A stretch of DNA of 64,000 bases, taken from IMG/VR virus record IMGVR_UViG_3300028805_000073. One strand, given 5' to 3'. This DNA is from a virus (taxonomy: Duplodnaviria; Heunggongvirae; Uroviricota; Caudoviricetes). Within the stretch, counting starts at the first letter, position 1. Every line of letters starts with the position of its first letter. The translations under genes were made by a program, and so were the position numbers. The notes under the pieces were generated by a model. It worked only from the letters and a program-made list of their open reading frames with translations. It had not been told where the DNA came from and made no database searches. Positions 10,183-25,300 of this stretch are shown here, in pieces.

Positions 10183-13100
10183 TTGAGTAGAATTAGGTAG
10201 TCCTTGATTAAGTTTAAGAACTGTTCTCAAGTCTCCCATCTCCTCATTAAATGTATTTAGTTTACTTATTTCTGAGAGAATAGAGTATTCTTTGTCTTTA
10301 ATTACTATTTTATCATTTTCAACAGTTTCTCTTGCTCTTATCCAATCAAATACTGAATATAAGAACTTCTTAACTTCTCCTTGATCAGCCTACATAAATT
10401 CTTTAGCTTTTTTTCTAGCTGATTTCTTAGAACTTTTTTCTACTGCCTTTAAATAAGAGTCTATTTCTTTAGCAGCTTTTTCTCCTTTTCTAGATTCTGG
10501 ATCAAGAATATATGCGTCTAATGATTCTTTAAGCTCTCTTAATTTATTATATTCATCAAACTTCTTTTTTAGTTTATCTCTCTTCTCTCCAATACTATCT
10601 TTATATTCCTATTCTTTTTCTTCATTCCATGTCCAATAATGTGGATCAGATTTCACATCTTCCAACATTCTCTTAGCTATCTTCTTACTATCTGTCTCAA
10701 ATTCAAAGTCTCCAGAGTGAAGAAGATATTGAGCCATTTGTTTAAACTTCTTTCTATTCCTCTTGGACCAAAGAGCTGTAGTTAAATTAAATTCTTTGTC
10801 TTCAGGATCTTTTAATCCAAATAACTCATAATAAGTATCAAAGTCTCTATCAATCTCTTTTGGAGGTTGTTTTAGATATCTAATAGCATCAGATAGTTTA
10901 GAAATAGAATTTCCATCAGGATGGAAAACATTTCCCTATATTAATTTAGATAATAGAATACCAGTATTAGAAAGTAATAATGTAGCAACATCCTCTACTG
11001 ATAATCCTAATACTAATCCTGCAGTATAACATCCCATAGTTCCAGGGGTAGCGTTTAATTTAGATAGCGTGGGATCTTTAGCATTATCGGTAGCTAGTGA
11101 TAATAATGCAGACATCATAATAAATGCATCTTTATAATTATCGACTGTATCATATGCTTTTTCTATTTTACTTGACTATAGAGTATCTCTATTTTTAGTA
11201 TAAGAATTAGCTATTAGTGGAAGTTTTTTTCCAAGTATTTTAATATTTGATATAAGACGTTGCTGTTCTTCAAGAGATCCTTCTGAAAGTACTTTATTAT
11301 AATGATGACTCATTGCTTCAAATACTTTCATAGCTGAAGCCACAATTCCAACATTTTCTTTACCAGTTAATGTAAGTACTAACTATCTCATTCTAGCTAA
11401 TATACTTCTATTATCAGAAGTTGTTGGCATTGCAGAAAGTCTATTAAATCCTGGGCTCTTTACTATGTCTTTTACAGTATCTGTAGCTACATCAATACCA
11501 GACTATCCCTAAATTAAATTTATCGGATTTTTAGTAATATTTTTTGATTTTATAGAAATAAAATTGTATAGAGCATCACGTTTTCTCTTATCTCTACGTT
11601 TATCTCTCTTTCCATCTTTTCCTATAAAATGTAAATTATGTTTATTTACAATATTAATATAGTCTACAAACTCAGAAGGAATTGTTCCAAGTTTAGTAAA
11701 TGTTCTGATAAGAGTTCCTAAATCGGATAAATTAGTAAAATAGTCACCATCCTTAGAAAGATCTAAAGAACTTAAATACAATCTATAATCATTATTCTTG
11801 TCCAACTCAACGAATTTTCCAGAGTCATCAAATTTAAATGTATTTTCATCAAGTACTCCATTATTAATTATAGTAAACTAACCAAAGTTCTTAATAATAG
11901 CATGTTGTAATAAATATGTATTTTGATTTAATGTTCCTAAATCCTAACTAAGACCCCATACTCCTTTAGAAATTTCTGTAGCAGTAATGCTGTTATTATA
12001 ATCATCAGTAAATACTACAAAATTCTATCCACTAGAATTTACTCCTTTTCCTTTAACATAATTCTTTTCTATTACATCAAAAGGAATTTTTGAATATAAA
12101 TCATCTGTATTTAAACTTTTTCCTGATGGGAAAGGTAATTTTTCACTTTCTTCAGCTCTATGTTTTTCTCTTAAGTCATAATACGGACTCCATGTAACAA
12201 GTCTTCCGTTATAGAATTTTAATCCTAAAACATTTGCTTTATCAATATCAAAGTCACTACCTTGTAGATAAAGCTACATACGAGAAACATAAATTGAATT
12301 AGTAGTATTACTATCAAATCCAGCAACTCTCATAGCCATAAATGACTAATGTGATTGTGCAGGAGTTCTTGATACTACTGCTTCAAGTGAAGTTAGAAAT
12401 GATGTATATTGTTCCTATGCAAAATCTAAAACTGATTTCATATGAGGATATTTTGTTAGGAATTCATTAACAGAATTAGTGTCTATAGCTTCTAATAATC
12501 CATCAAGTAATTTCTATTGATTAGAAGCATCTACAGTAAATAATTCGTGATGAATTAAAGCATTCTTTCCTACAGTATCCTCAAAAATCTATCCTAAATT
12601 TTCAAATTCTTTATCGAAATTTAAATAAGCTTGAGCTAACTATTCATTATCAGCAATAATTTTAAAATTACTATCATTATTTTCTAATCCTTTCTTATTT
12701 GTTTCGATTTTTCTTTTTACAGCATTCTTTATATAGTTTACTTTACTCTATGCTACTTTATTTGTACTCTATTCTAATTGTAATAAAACATTTTTAGCAT
12801 GATTAATATCGGAATATACTGAGAAATCTCCTAAATTAACTTGATTGTAATCAGCCTATTCTAATATAGATAATAAATCATCAGTCTTTATTACTTCTGT
12901 TCCATTTAAGGTTTTTATAATCTAACAATTTGGAACAAGTTGTCCTGTAGATTCATCAACTTTTGATGGAATTTGATACATTTTATTTCCATCAGAATCA
13001 ACTCTATACATAACTCCATCTACTATTTCTGGAATTATTTTAATATCACTTCCTAATACTTTTCTATTACTGGATGCTATATAGATATGATTTCCATCAG

Positions 13101-16100
13101 TTCTTTTAAGTTCAAAGTCAAATTTTTTTCCTCCTACAATATTTCCCGTATTGTCTTTAGAATAGAATTTGGATTTAGAATTTTCCCAATAACGTCTAAC
13201 AAAAAAGTATTCATCATTAACAATATCTCCTATAGTATCATTACTTCTTAAACCAAATGTAGTTTTATAAATCATAGGAAGAATACATTCGTATGGAGTA
13301 ACTGTAGTTAAATTTTTATTTATTACTACTGGAGTATTGTTTATTATTACTTTATTTCCAGTTCCATTTGAAATACTATCAAGAGTTCTTTGGAAGGATG
13401 CTTGAAGCATATCTCCCATTGTTTCTGGAGTTACTTCAGTAGAAATTCCAAATTTTTCTAATTCTTGAATTAGATTCGGAGCTACTGATTCATCACCAGC
13501 AACATATTGATTCCAATATTTTTCTAGATTAGTTTGATTAAGTCCAGACTTAAATATTCCGTTCTCTTTATCCCAATCAAACAAACATCTAACAATATCT
13601 GTTTCCCATAAACTATAAGTATTACCATCTATAGAAACAATTTCAGCATCATAAGTTGCTAAATCTCTTCCTAAGGGCTAATAGTTTTTAAACTCTGGAA
13701 TCATTTCTCCACTGTCATTCAGAATAACATTTAGTCCTTTTTGAACAGCTTCTATTACATGAGCTCCATTTTGCATAGCATTTTTAACTTCATAAAAGTC
13801 TTCTAAGCTATCAATTAATTTTGGAGTAGCAGGACCTACCCCATAAATCATATAATAGTATCTTCCAAACTTAATTTGAGAAGATTTAGTTAAAGGATTA
13901 TTCCAATTCTAAGACTAAACAAGTTTAATTTCATTTTCTGAAATTTTTCCTTCTAATTTTCCATTAATTATTTTAAATATTCCATTAGAAGGATTAAGAA
14001 CTAACATTCCTCCATCAAATTTTAGTCTAATAGAAGATTTTTCTAAATTAGAAGCAAGTTTAGAAAAAAGATTTGCGAATATTTGTGGACTACTTATTGG
14101 GAATGAACCTTCTAACTAACTATAAGATCCAAATCTTTGGAATCTTTTTAATCCGTTTGCTATAGCTGATAATATATTTCCATCTGAAATAGATACATTT
14201 TTTAATGTCTATAACATTATATTAGCTACAGCTGTTTTAAATTGTTCAGAATCTTCTGTTAGTCCTTGATTTAGTTTATCTAATTCTCCGAAAGCCTCCT
14301 CAAATGACTATTCGGCTAAATCCTATAATGCCTAATAACATTCTTCAGCATCCTATTTAGAATAACCTCTAGCACCTAAAGCATTTATAACCTAAGTCAT
14401 TAGAGAAACATGTCCTCCTTCAGCAGTATGTTCAGCATCAAGCTATTCTCCAAAATCATCAGAGAAACATTCCATTACAGTTGGAACATAATCATCATCG
14501 TCTAATAACTATGTAGAATTAATATTTGTTGCTCCAAACTTTCCAGCCTCTGTAGTCGGAATCATATCTATTTGAGATTCCTTAACTACTTGTAATACAT
14601 TAGTTTGACTTACAACAGGCATATTTGGATTTAGTACTATACCAGTGTGATTCATTACATAATTAACTCCTTTAAAAGAACCATTATCATTTATAGAAGT
14701 TAATTTATGTTTAGAATCGAAATGACAAGAATAAGCTCCTCCAAACACATTCCATAATTCCCAGTTAGAATTTATAGGTGTAGCAACAAAATTAGGAATT
14801 TCTTCTCCGTTAATATTTGTAGCTAAATTTTCATTAACCTAAGCTGCTACAAAATTACCATTAGAATATCCAAAGGTTAACTAAACAGGTTTAGCATTTT
14901 TTCCTTCACCATTATCAAGTACTTCTTTAACAGTTACTCTAGTTATTCCATTTTCATCAATAGTTGGATTTGTAAAATGATAGAATTTATCCCCTTTCTA
15001 CACATACCATCCTTTTGAGAAATCTAATGGTTTTTTGTTAAAGTCTTCTAACCAATTAAAAAATGGATCATTATAACCATTAAATTTTAGAGTATCAGTC
15101 CATTTAATAGTATGATTCATTTTTTTATTCATTCTTTTTCCACGTTCTGAAGATTGAATATAATTATTACTTATAGCAAAACCTGCTGTTTTAACAATTC
15201 CACCAATTCCAGTTTTAGGATCAATAAAGTGAATGAATGGCTTCTTATCTTCACCCATAGCATCAGCACCAAGAGAATTATTATCTAAATCAACCATAGT
15301 TCCATTATAGAATGTAGCTCCATTATGTACTGCTATTTCATCACTCTTATAATCTCCCTTAAAAGTAATAGCAGAATCTTTTTCATCACCTATAAAAGTC
15401 ATTCTAAGTTTTCTTCTAATTCCTTTTAAGGAGTTTTGAACTTCTCTGTGTTTAGTAGCTGTATGAGAAACATTACGTTTTACTTGTTGTCCAAAATTAC
15501 CATATTCATAATTATAAATAGTAGAAGCATTATTATCACCAGGATGAGAAATAAAAGTTCCTACTGATGTTAGCTAATAAGATTCTCCTAACCAATTATT
15601 CAAAGCCTAATAACGTTCAATTTCTGGATTTAATTGAATATTAATAGAACTATTTATTCTGTTCTTAATTTTTTCAGCCTGTTCAGATTCTGGATTATCT
15701 TCTAAATATTTCTATAATGTCTTTAATTGCTCATTATAATCGAAATCAGGAGTATCTCCATCTAATTCATCAGTAATAGCAATATTTATATCAAGATTCA
15801 TTTGATATTTTGCTTTTTTTATCTTGATGTCTTCTTCCGATAATTTAGATTTTTCTTCCTAAACATGTCTTTCAATAGCTTCATTTCCCCAATTAGGATG
15901 TCTAGTTCTTAATTCATCTCTTAAAACTTCATCAATATCTCTAGTCTATCCTAATTCCTCTTCTAAGTAGTAAGGTAATATAGCATTCTAAGCATCTTTA
16001 AATTTAAATAAGTTGTACTTACTTATTATGTTTAAAGCGTTTAAAGTTTTAAGTAAGTTAAACCTTGGATTAGATATATTATATTCTGGAGAATTATCAA

Positions 16101-19100
16101 GTTCTCTCAGTCTTCTATAATCATTCCAATTTTCAAAGTCATTTAAAGATTGAATATTTATAGTTTCGTATCCGTTATTAATTTTAGCAATTACTATTGT
16201 ATTACCATTTCTCCAAACACCATTTTCATTATAATGTTGTGCAGCCCATGTAGCATTATCATTAACTTTAGAAGTATCATCTCCTAATCTTATTCTGATA
16301 TTATTCTATAATAATTCAGTAATAAGTTGTAAATTAAGTCTAGTTTGAGCTTGTTCTGGAGTTTCATTAATAGTATTTGTATCTAGATTATTAAGATACT
16401 TTTTACTTGTTCTTATTTTGTGTTTTGGTACTTCTCTTCCATAGATACTAAGCTAATGATATAAAGAAGGATTATTATGTAAAGATCCATCCTTACCCCA
16501 TATATAATGCATTTTTTCTGTAAGTCTTATAAGATATGGATCTACTCCATCTCTTCTAGCTTCAGTCTAGAATAAAGCTACAGCATCATGTAATACATTT
16601 TTAGGATTTAATCCTGCGTTTGTACATTGTTGATTAAATAATTCATAATCATTGTCATAATCTAATACAGCTCCAGGAAGTATTCTTTGTACATAAGGAA
16701 GAATATTCTCTAAATCAGACTTTATTCTATCATAAACACCCTAATAATATTTACCAAATTCTTCTTTTTGTAAATCTAATATTTCTTGTGTTGTTAATTG
16801 ATAAAAAGCTTTTATTTCTCCACTAGGTAGAGTTACTTTAGTTTTCCAGTTAAATCTAAGTTTTGGAAGTTTAGATTTATCAGAAACAACAGGACCCATT
16901 ATTCTAAAGTAACAATCTTCATAACTATCTTTACTTATATCACTTTGTGTTCCGTCTTTTGCTACAGCTAACTAACCGCCATAAAAATCCTAAATAAAAT
17001 TAGCTTCGAAAAATTCCGATTCAGAAAATGAAGTAGCCTATTTATTATTACCTACTTGAGAGTAATCTCTCATAAATTCAACCTCTTCTATGGTATCTAT
17101 AATTCTAAAATCTTTAATTATAGAATCTGGATCAGATAAATTGTTATTATAAACTAACTCAAGATATTTAGAAGCTAATGAAGAAAGCCCAACTAATGAA
17201 ATCTATTTTCTCTAACCATCTTTAGCAGTAGTATCTCCAGAATAACCCTATTGAATATCTAATGCTAAAGCAAATCTTCTAATATCAGTATAAATAGTTC
17301 TATTGGTTAGTTCTGGCTGCATTTGTCCTCTAGCAGGAGAAGGAGGATTCTCACTATAAAATTTAGCTATTTCTGCATCATATACTTCTTTTTCAGGAGT
17401 ACCTTTTTGTGATTGTATTTTTTGATAGATGTATTTTCCTACTTTATAATTATAAAGGATTGTTCCAGCAATGTTAATTAATTCTCCTAATGTTCCTCCT
17501 ATATTTGTAAATATATCTAAGAAATCATTATTAATTCTTTTATTAAATACTTCAGATAAGAAATCAGATAATTCTGGAGTTAATGTTGATATTTCTACAG
17601 ATTTTCCATTCTATAGTTTAGGAACTACTTTTACATTTCCATTATCTGCTTTAACTTCTAAACTAACTTCAGAATTATTTATTTTTATAGTAGTTGAATT
17701 TCCTTCACCAAAATCCTTTATCGTAAATGTCTTAAATGACTGTGGTAATTCAGCATTATAATTTGCCTACCAAATATATTTTTGAGAATTTAATCTAGAA
17801 TTAGAAGTATTCTATTGAAGTTGGATTGTACTTATTTTATTATCTGAATCTTTCTAATATTCTATCATTGGAATATTTTCAATATTCACAAATAGTGTAT
17901 TTACAAAAGTATATAAGTCTAATCCATCTAGATTAATTCCTCCGCTATTTTCCATTCTTCTTAATAAAGAATTAGTATTAGTATAATCAAATATATTTTT
18001 CCAAATTGAATAAACAGCCTACTTCTCCTAATATCTATCAAAGAATTCTTCTCTATAGACAGCTAAAATTCCAAATAAAAGTGGAGAATATAATGCAGGA
18101 TCTTTTTTAGTTTTAGCAAGTAATTCTCCTAAGGTTTTACCTTTTAATTCATCTAATACTATATCTTCCCATCCATCTTTATAGAACTAATCAATTCCAA
18201 ATCTTTTTAAAGTATCAGTAGAAATACTATCAAGACTAAATTGTCTCAAAGGAGTTCCATCTCTTTTATGGTTTCTATTGAATACTTTCATTATTCCTCC
18301 AATACCAGATTTTACATCTTGGAATGACATTTTAAAAGGAAGTAAAGCTCCATTTTTAGGGTCATACATATTTAAACTTTCCATAAAAAGTCTAATTATA
18401 CTTCCTATTTCGTCTGTTTCATCAACATCTTCACTCTAATCATTCCATCCTCTAGCATTTTTATTTCCTAAATTAATTTTATATTTTAATTCTTTAGTAT
18501 CATAATTACCTTTATATAAGACTTTAACAGAATCTCCAAAAGCATTGTTAACTAGTTCATCAAAATGATTCATTGCTATATATGATGTATAAGCTAATAA
18601 TTTCTTTTTTAGATTTCCATCAGACATAGTATTAATAGTTGGGAGTCTCAAAAGTTCTACAGGACTTAATTCTAATGATTTATTATCAAGCAGTTGTTTA
18701 AAATAATTTAATTTATCTTTAATAGAAAACTATTTAAAAGCACTATAATCTTTAGGAAAGAACTATTCAACATAATTATCCAAATTCTATTCAAAACTAT
18801 TTCTAAATTCTTTAATAGCTTTATCCATTTCTTCCTAAGTTATATTAACCTTAGAAAATGTATTATCACCACTAAAGAAGAATCTTTCTATTAAATCATT
18901 TCTGAATTTCTATTCAAATGCTAATCTAGCATCACTAGACATTGGAAAATATGAAGCTAATGTGTTTTGTTTTATAGCTTCTTTTTCATTCTTTTCCTAT
19001 TCAGTGCTATCAATATTATCAAATTTAGATTCATTATCAAGAGTACTTTCTATATAATTAGTATCAGTAGAAGTTAATTCTCCTTGATAATCTTGAGAAA

Positions 19101-19347
19101 GAACGGAGGCTAAATTTCCGTTCTTTCTCATTTTCCATATCATTCCAGCACTACTAACTATATCTTTAATAGAATCAAAGAAATTATCATCACTTACCTC
19201 TGAATAAGTATTTCTTAAATTCTTAAGTGCTCTTATATAATTATCTTCTAATTCCTATTTATCATTAATTCCTTCTAAGGAATTAACTATCTTTATAAAT
19301 TCTTGCTTAAATTGTTTATCCTAATTTAAACTACAAACATTTCCCAT
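10183..19347 (-). CDS. Giant virion/ejected protein G3 (~3054 aa)
   Basis: Frame 0 is maintained across ORF pieces 10936..11118 through 18436..18651. Start ATG 19347-19345 overlaps the G4 stop (TAATG). TGA 10183-10185 was verified as an in-frame stop. The interior frame continuity was not checked codon by codon. Confidence 0.45.
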
Positions 19348-22300
19348 TATACATCATATTTTATACACGAAATATTTTTAGAATTATCTTTAGTTTTTAT
19401 ACTTTCTTCTACAATTTCTAATAATTTATTAAACTTATCCGTATCAAGATTTTCTCCCATAAACGATGCTATCATATCTTCTTCTTTTATAGAGCGATTT
19501 AATCCTTCTAAAGCATCAAAATTTCCAGATTTAACTATTAATGCTGCTAACATTAACTTAGAAGTATTGACTTTTCTTTCTATAGTTCCATTATTATTAC
19601 TTTCAGTAATAACTCCTATTTCTTTCAACATTTCTTCGTTTTCAGGACTATAAAATCCTATAATATCATCAGCATAGCTAATTGATCCTGGAGCAAATAC
19701 TGAATCTACCATTTCCTATCCAGTTAATCCAGTATCATCTGGATTGACATAAGAATTAATATAATCTTGAATTATTTTCTTACCATTAGTAGTAAATCCA
19801 ATATTATTATTTAATACTTCCTATAATTCTTCTAATGTTGCTGTAGACTTAGTTGAGGCTTTAAATATTTCACCATTTTTAAGATAATATATTTCACTAT
19901 CTCCAATTCTAGCTAAAATATCCATATCTGTTAATTCTACTAGATCATATAATCCGTTATTTCTCTTGATAGGATATTTATTTAATCTATTAAATGCTAA
20001 ATTAAAAACATTAGGAAACTAAACATCTGTTCCATTATCTTTCATATACTCTTCTAATACTTTCAAGTTTTCAGAAGTAGCAGATTCTCTAGTAAGAAGT
20101 TTATTGGATTGTTTTAGTTTTTCCTATATTGGATCTACTGAAATACTTCTTTCTTTTTCTTCGTAAAAAGCTCCAGTATTTTCATTATATATACTTATTT
20201 TAGCAGAATCACTAAGTGTACTAAGTTTCTAAGAAGTTACAATTCTTCCATCATTGTGTTTTATAACTAACTTAGAAAGTATTTCATCCATTATTGGTTC
20301 TATATCTACAACAATTGCTGTAGTATCTAATTTTCCATTTATATCAATAGTCTTATCAGATAAGAAAGATCCGTCTTCTGCTTTAATCTAAGCTACTTTA
20401 TATCCTTTTGATGATATTTCAGTATCTTTCTTTAGATTAGAATGGAACATAATTCCAGTCCATCCATTACTCTCTAAATCTTCTTTTAAAGCATTTATTC
20501 TATTCTATTGATATGATTTATATTTATAATCATTTCCTACTCTTTCAATATAATAATCCTATCCAGATAACTGTCTTGATACGTATTTTCCTTCAGAATT
20601 TTTACTTTCATATAAATTCTCAGAGAATAAAAGTTTTCTAAACTCATATTGAAGAATAGTTCTAAGACTCTTATTACCATAACCTATCATTCCACTATCA
20701 GAAGTAGGTATAAACATTCTATAAAGTTCAGAGTCTACAGTTTTTAAGTTATCAAGACTCTAGTTTAAGAAACTTAATAACTATTTTGCTGGAGAACCTT
20801 CAGAAGCAGAAGGAACTAAAGATTTTTCATAAGTATCAAGATATTTCATTATATCTTTAACTCTTTGAAATCTTTTTTTAGCTTGATTTTTCTATTCATC
20901 TGTATCAGTATTATTAGAAATCCAATCTTCGAAGGCTTCCTAATATTTACTTCCTTCTTTAGTCATAAATGATAATAATCTATAAGAAGTAAGCATGTTA
21001 CCAATTGATTTATCTATATCATCAGCAGAAGTCTCATCTTCATTACCTCTTAAGGCTTCTTGCTAATTATATAAGAAATAATCAACACTTTCTTTTGGAA
21101 GATATACATATACTCTAGTAATTAATGGTTCAGAATCTTTATTAGAAATTTGTTCAATATATTTCTCAAATAACTCTGTATCAGTCATGTTAGAGTAATA
21201 ATCTGAAACTAATACAAATGGAACACCATGTTCTAATACTATATTTCCTTCAGCATCTTTTACATCTTCTTTAAGATTTTCTAATACCTATGAAATTTTT
21301 CTATTAGGCATCTTCTCTCTATATTCAGCAAGACTTAATCTCTATCCTTCATATAAGTAGTCTTTATCAAAATATTCACTACCTCTTGTTTTAGGAGGAG
21401 TCTAAACTCCTGTTAACTTACCAGAATTTAATACAAAGTCTTTATTAAACCTTATTACAAAATTTTGGTCTTTAGTATTATGTCCTGAATAATTCCACTA
21501 ATAAATCTCTAATAGTTTTAACATACTCTTTATATGTGGAATTGGTTCATTTTTTCTTCTAATAAGTTCCTAGTGAAAATTCATTAAATTTTCTCCGCTA
21601 TTAATGAATATGTCATTAAGCTATTCGAATCCTTTAGTTTTTACTAATGTAGCTGGAGAAGTTAAAATTCCTATAGGAATTTCAATTTGTTTTCCGTTTA
21701 CAAATATTTCTAAACCAAAAGTTCTCTTTTGAGGTTTTTCAATTTTTTCATTAGAGTTTTTATTGAATAAGTACATTAATTTATCTTTAACTCCTCTAAA
21801 TAATTTTATTAAAGGACCTCCAGAGACTCCTATGTCTTCATTCTAAGTATTCTTATAAATAAAATTAACAGATACAGAATCAGTACTTCTTAATCCAAAT
21901 GCTTCTCTTACTTTAGCTACAACATTTTCTGGAGTTTTTTCATATAATCCAGCAGTTCTAGTTTTATGTAGTATAGATAAAATTTGTTTCGTGTGTTCTT
22001 TCGATAACCTATCACCTTCAGAGTAATCTGTTCCGTCAGCTTTTTTAATATTTAAAGCTTTAATAATTCCATGAACATTATCAATTCTCTAAGATGTTTT
22101 TTCTCCTAAAACTAACAATCCGTCTTTGTCTATATATCCACCACATTCATTAGTATTAAATGTGTGTATTAACATATTTAGACTATCTTCAGAATTATTA
22201 TCTATATCTACAGGTTTTGGATTATTTCTAATATCTATTTTTTCGTCCTCAGTCTCCTCTTCTGGTTTAGGTTCTGGATTTTTCTTTTCATCAAATTTTT

Positions 22301-25300
22301 CTTCGCTCCAATCAACTTGTGCTGTAACAGAGGTTCCGTTTAATCCAGTTTGAATTGCTTTCTTTCTTGAATCAGCATACTTCTTTCTAGACTCTTGTCC
22401 AATATTAGATCTTACTAACTTATCCATCTAATGAGACTAAATTCTTTTACTTATTTCATCGCTACCTTGTCTTTCATAAATCAAAGTAGCTTGTTTAGCT
22501 CTAGATATTGCTGTATAAAGAGTCTTAAATTGATTAGTAGCTGCTATATAATCTTTAACATCAGAAGTAGGTCTTGTACTTAGTTCTATATCTACAATAT
22601 AATATTGTCCTTCCTAACTCTAAGCAGCTTTAGTTGATATTTCATTTATTTTATCTGCATAATTATTATGTAGATATTTATACATTTCAGAGTTTGGATC
22701 ATCATATATAAAGTTGATTTTTTCTCCCTCGTTTAAGGTATCTATCATCAACTTAATTCTATTTTTAGTATCAGTATCTAAATCAAAAGTAGATCCTGAA
22801 GCAGTTGTTATTTTATCAGAAGAAGCGATGACATCTCCAAATAATCCTTTCTCATCTTGATAGTATGAAAATATAGTTGGAGTAATATTTTTTCCATTGG
22901 ATAATAGACTATCTATAAATTTATATTTATTTAGTCGTAATCCTACTGTATTGTTAGATTTATATATATTATTCCCTCTGACTATTTGTCCTAACTTATG
23001 TGTAGATATATAGTTTCCAGCATCTTGTGTAATAAGAACAGATTTATCTTTAGATACTGCTAATGCTCCAGAAGCTCCTAACTAATCAAAGTCTCCAGCA
23101 TAAACACCATATATACCTTTAGCTTTCATAAAATCATCAACCATAGCAGCATCCATCTAAGAGAGTGATGTAGCCTCATCAATAATTATTAAGGAAGCAT
23201 CTAATCCATCTGGATTTAATGTAGCTTTCTTATATCTATATATACCATCATCACCAAACTCAACATCATCGTTATTAACTTCCATTCTACCATCTTTATC
23301 AACATTGAATGAAACATAATTGTTCATAATTTTTTGTCTAAACTCTTCAATTCCAAAATGTTGAGCTTTCTCTAACTATAAATTATTTTTTAGTGTTTCA
23401 GCGTTTTCTTTAGAGTTACTTACTATTACTACTTTTTCTAATAGTTTAGGATGGAATTTATCCAAAATATCAGTTAATGTTTTTAATACTGCACTAGATT
23501 TTCCACTTCCTGGTAATCCTTCTATAAAAATGCTTCTTCTAGCATTAATATACGAATAACCTTTATCATCCTAATCACTTTCCATTAAATTAGCGTTATA
23601 GGCATCAGCAAATAGGTTAAAGACCTTTGGATTTATTAAGAAACTTAAAGCTGTTTTTATAGCTTCTTCTTGTCCAATAATAGGAGCATACTATGATGTA
23701 ATAACTTCCTAATATTCGTACATTACAGCATCTGGATTTACAGCAGCTGTAGAAGCTAAATTCCATAATAAATCTTTATGAGGATATGATTTTTCTTCAG
23801 AATTTAAAATAGTAGATGTTCCATCACTATCAAATTTATGAACAATTTTTATATCCTTTAATAAAGTTTGTAATTTCTTTATAGATTTTTCTTTGTCTTC
23901 TTTTGTCTTATATTCGAATACATCTTTATTAACCTAGAAGAAATTATATAAAGCTCTATCTAATGACATTCTAGCATTAGTTATCTTTTCTTTATATTCC
24001 TAATTAATAATATCATCTTCTGTTAATTCACTAATAGAAGATTCTTCAACTGCCTTTTTTAACTAATCCACTTCGTTCCAGTCTCCTGGTTCTATATGTC
24101 CTACGAAAGTCTTTAATCCGTTTAATAAATTAATAGATTGAGTTCTATAGGTTTTATCATGTTCATTTAAAGCTTCGTTACTATTTATAGACTAAACTTG
24201 TTTAAATAATAATAATTCCTATTCATATCTATTAATATCTTGTTGTATTCCTACTGCTACATCTGCAGGAATAGTAGCTAACTGTTGTCCAGCTTTTCCT
24301 CTTTTAGCTCTAATTTCATTAACAGAAACATTATATCCGAATACATCTGATAAGTCTCCATTTATACTAGTAGCAGCTGATTCTAATCCAACTTTAGCTA
24401 GTTTAATTATACTTAAAGCATCATCAATAGCTTTCTCTACTTTATCATCATATGAAAAATTATTTAGTATTCTAGCTTTAGCTAATTTAGATACTAATGC
24501 TTCCATATCAGATACTAATGGAGATACTTCTATTCCTTTACTTTTTAAAGTTTTTGTAACTCCATTTAAATATTCATCAACTGGAGAGCTTGGAACATTT
24601 TTATATGAATCCATATATTCTTTAGCATCAGTTTCAGATAATAATGGAACTTCTATTATATCTCCTGATTCTTCATCTAAAATAGATATATTAGAATTAA
24701 AGAAATCATTTAATGCCTATTTAACAGTAGGTAATATATACTTAGCAGAAGATAACATCTTTTTTAATTCCTTTTTTACATCATCATCCATTAAAAATTC
24801 TTTTAACTACTAGTTAAAATCAGCTGCCTAAAACTAACGTTGTTCCTTTTCAAAACTAGATACTTCTGTTCTAAAAGCATTATTTAATACTTCATATTCC
24901 GCTCCAGTTTCTTCATTTTTTCGTTTTTCTATATAAGCATCAGCGTCTTTAGTCAATATATCATGGTCCTAGAATTCACTTATAGAACTTCTTAGTTCAT
25001 CTGGAGTAGTTGGAAGGTCTTTCCCTAATACTTCAGTTGCTTTAGTTTTTTGACTTATTATTCCTTTAATTTTATCTAAATATGGCTGAGCTTTTTCTTT
25101 CTCCATATTACCTAATATTATTTGCTATAAATTATTAAGTAATAAGTTAATACTATCCTTTCTTAAATGCAAATATTCTTCAATAGAAGGAATAGTAACT
25201 TCTTCATCAGCTAATGCTTCTCTTCTAGCTCCAAATAAAACTTCATTTAAATTATCAATAAAATTAGGATTATCAAAATAAGAATCATTATATTTTGTTA

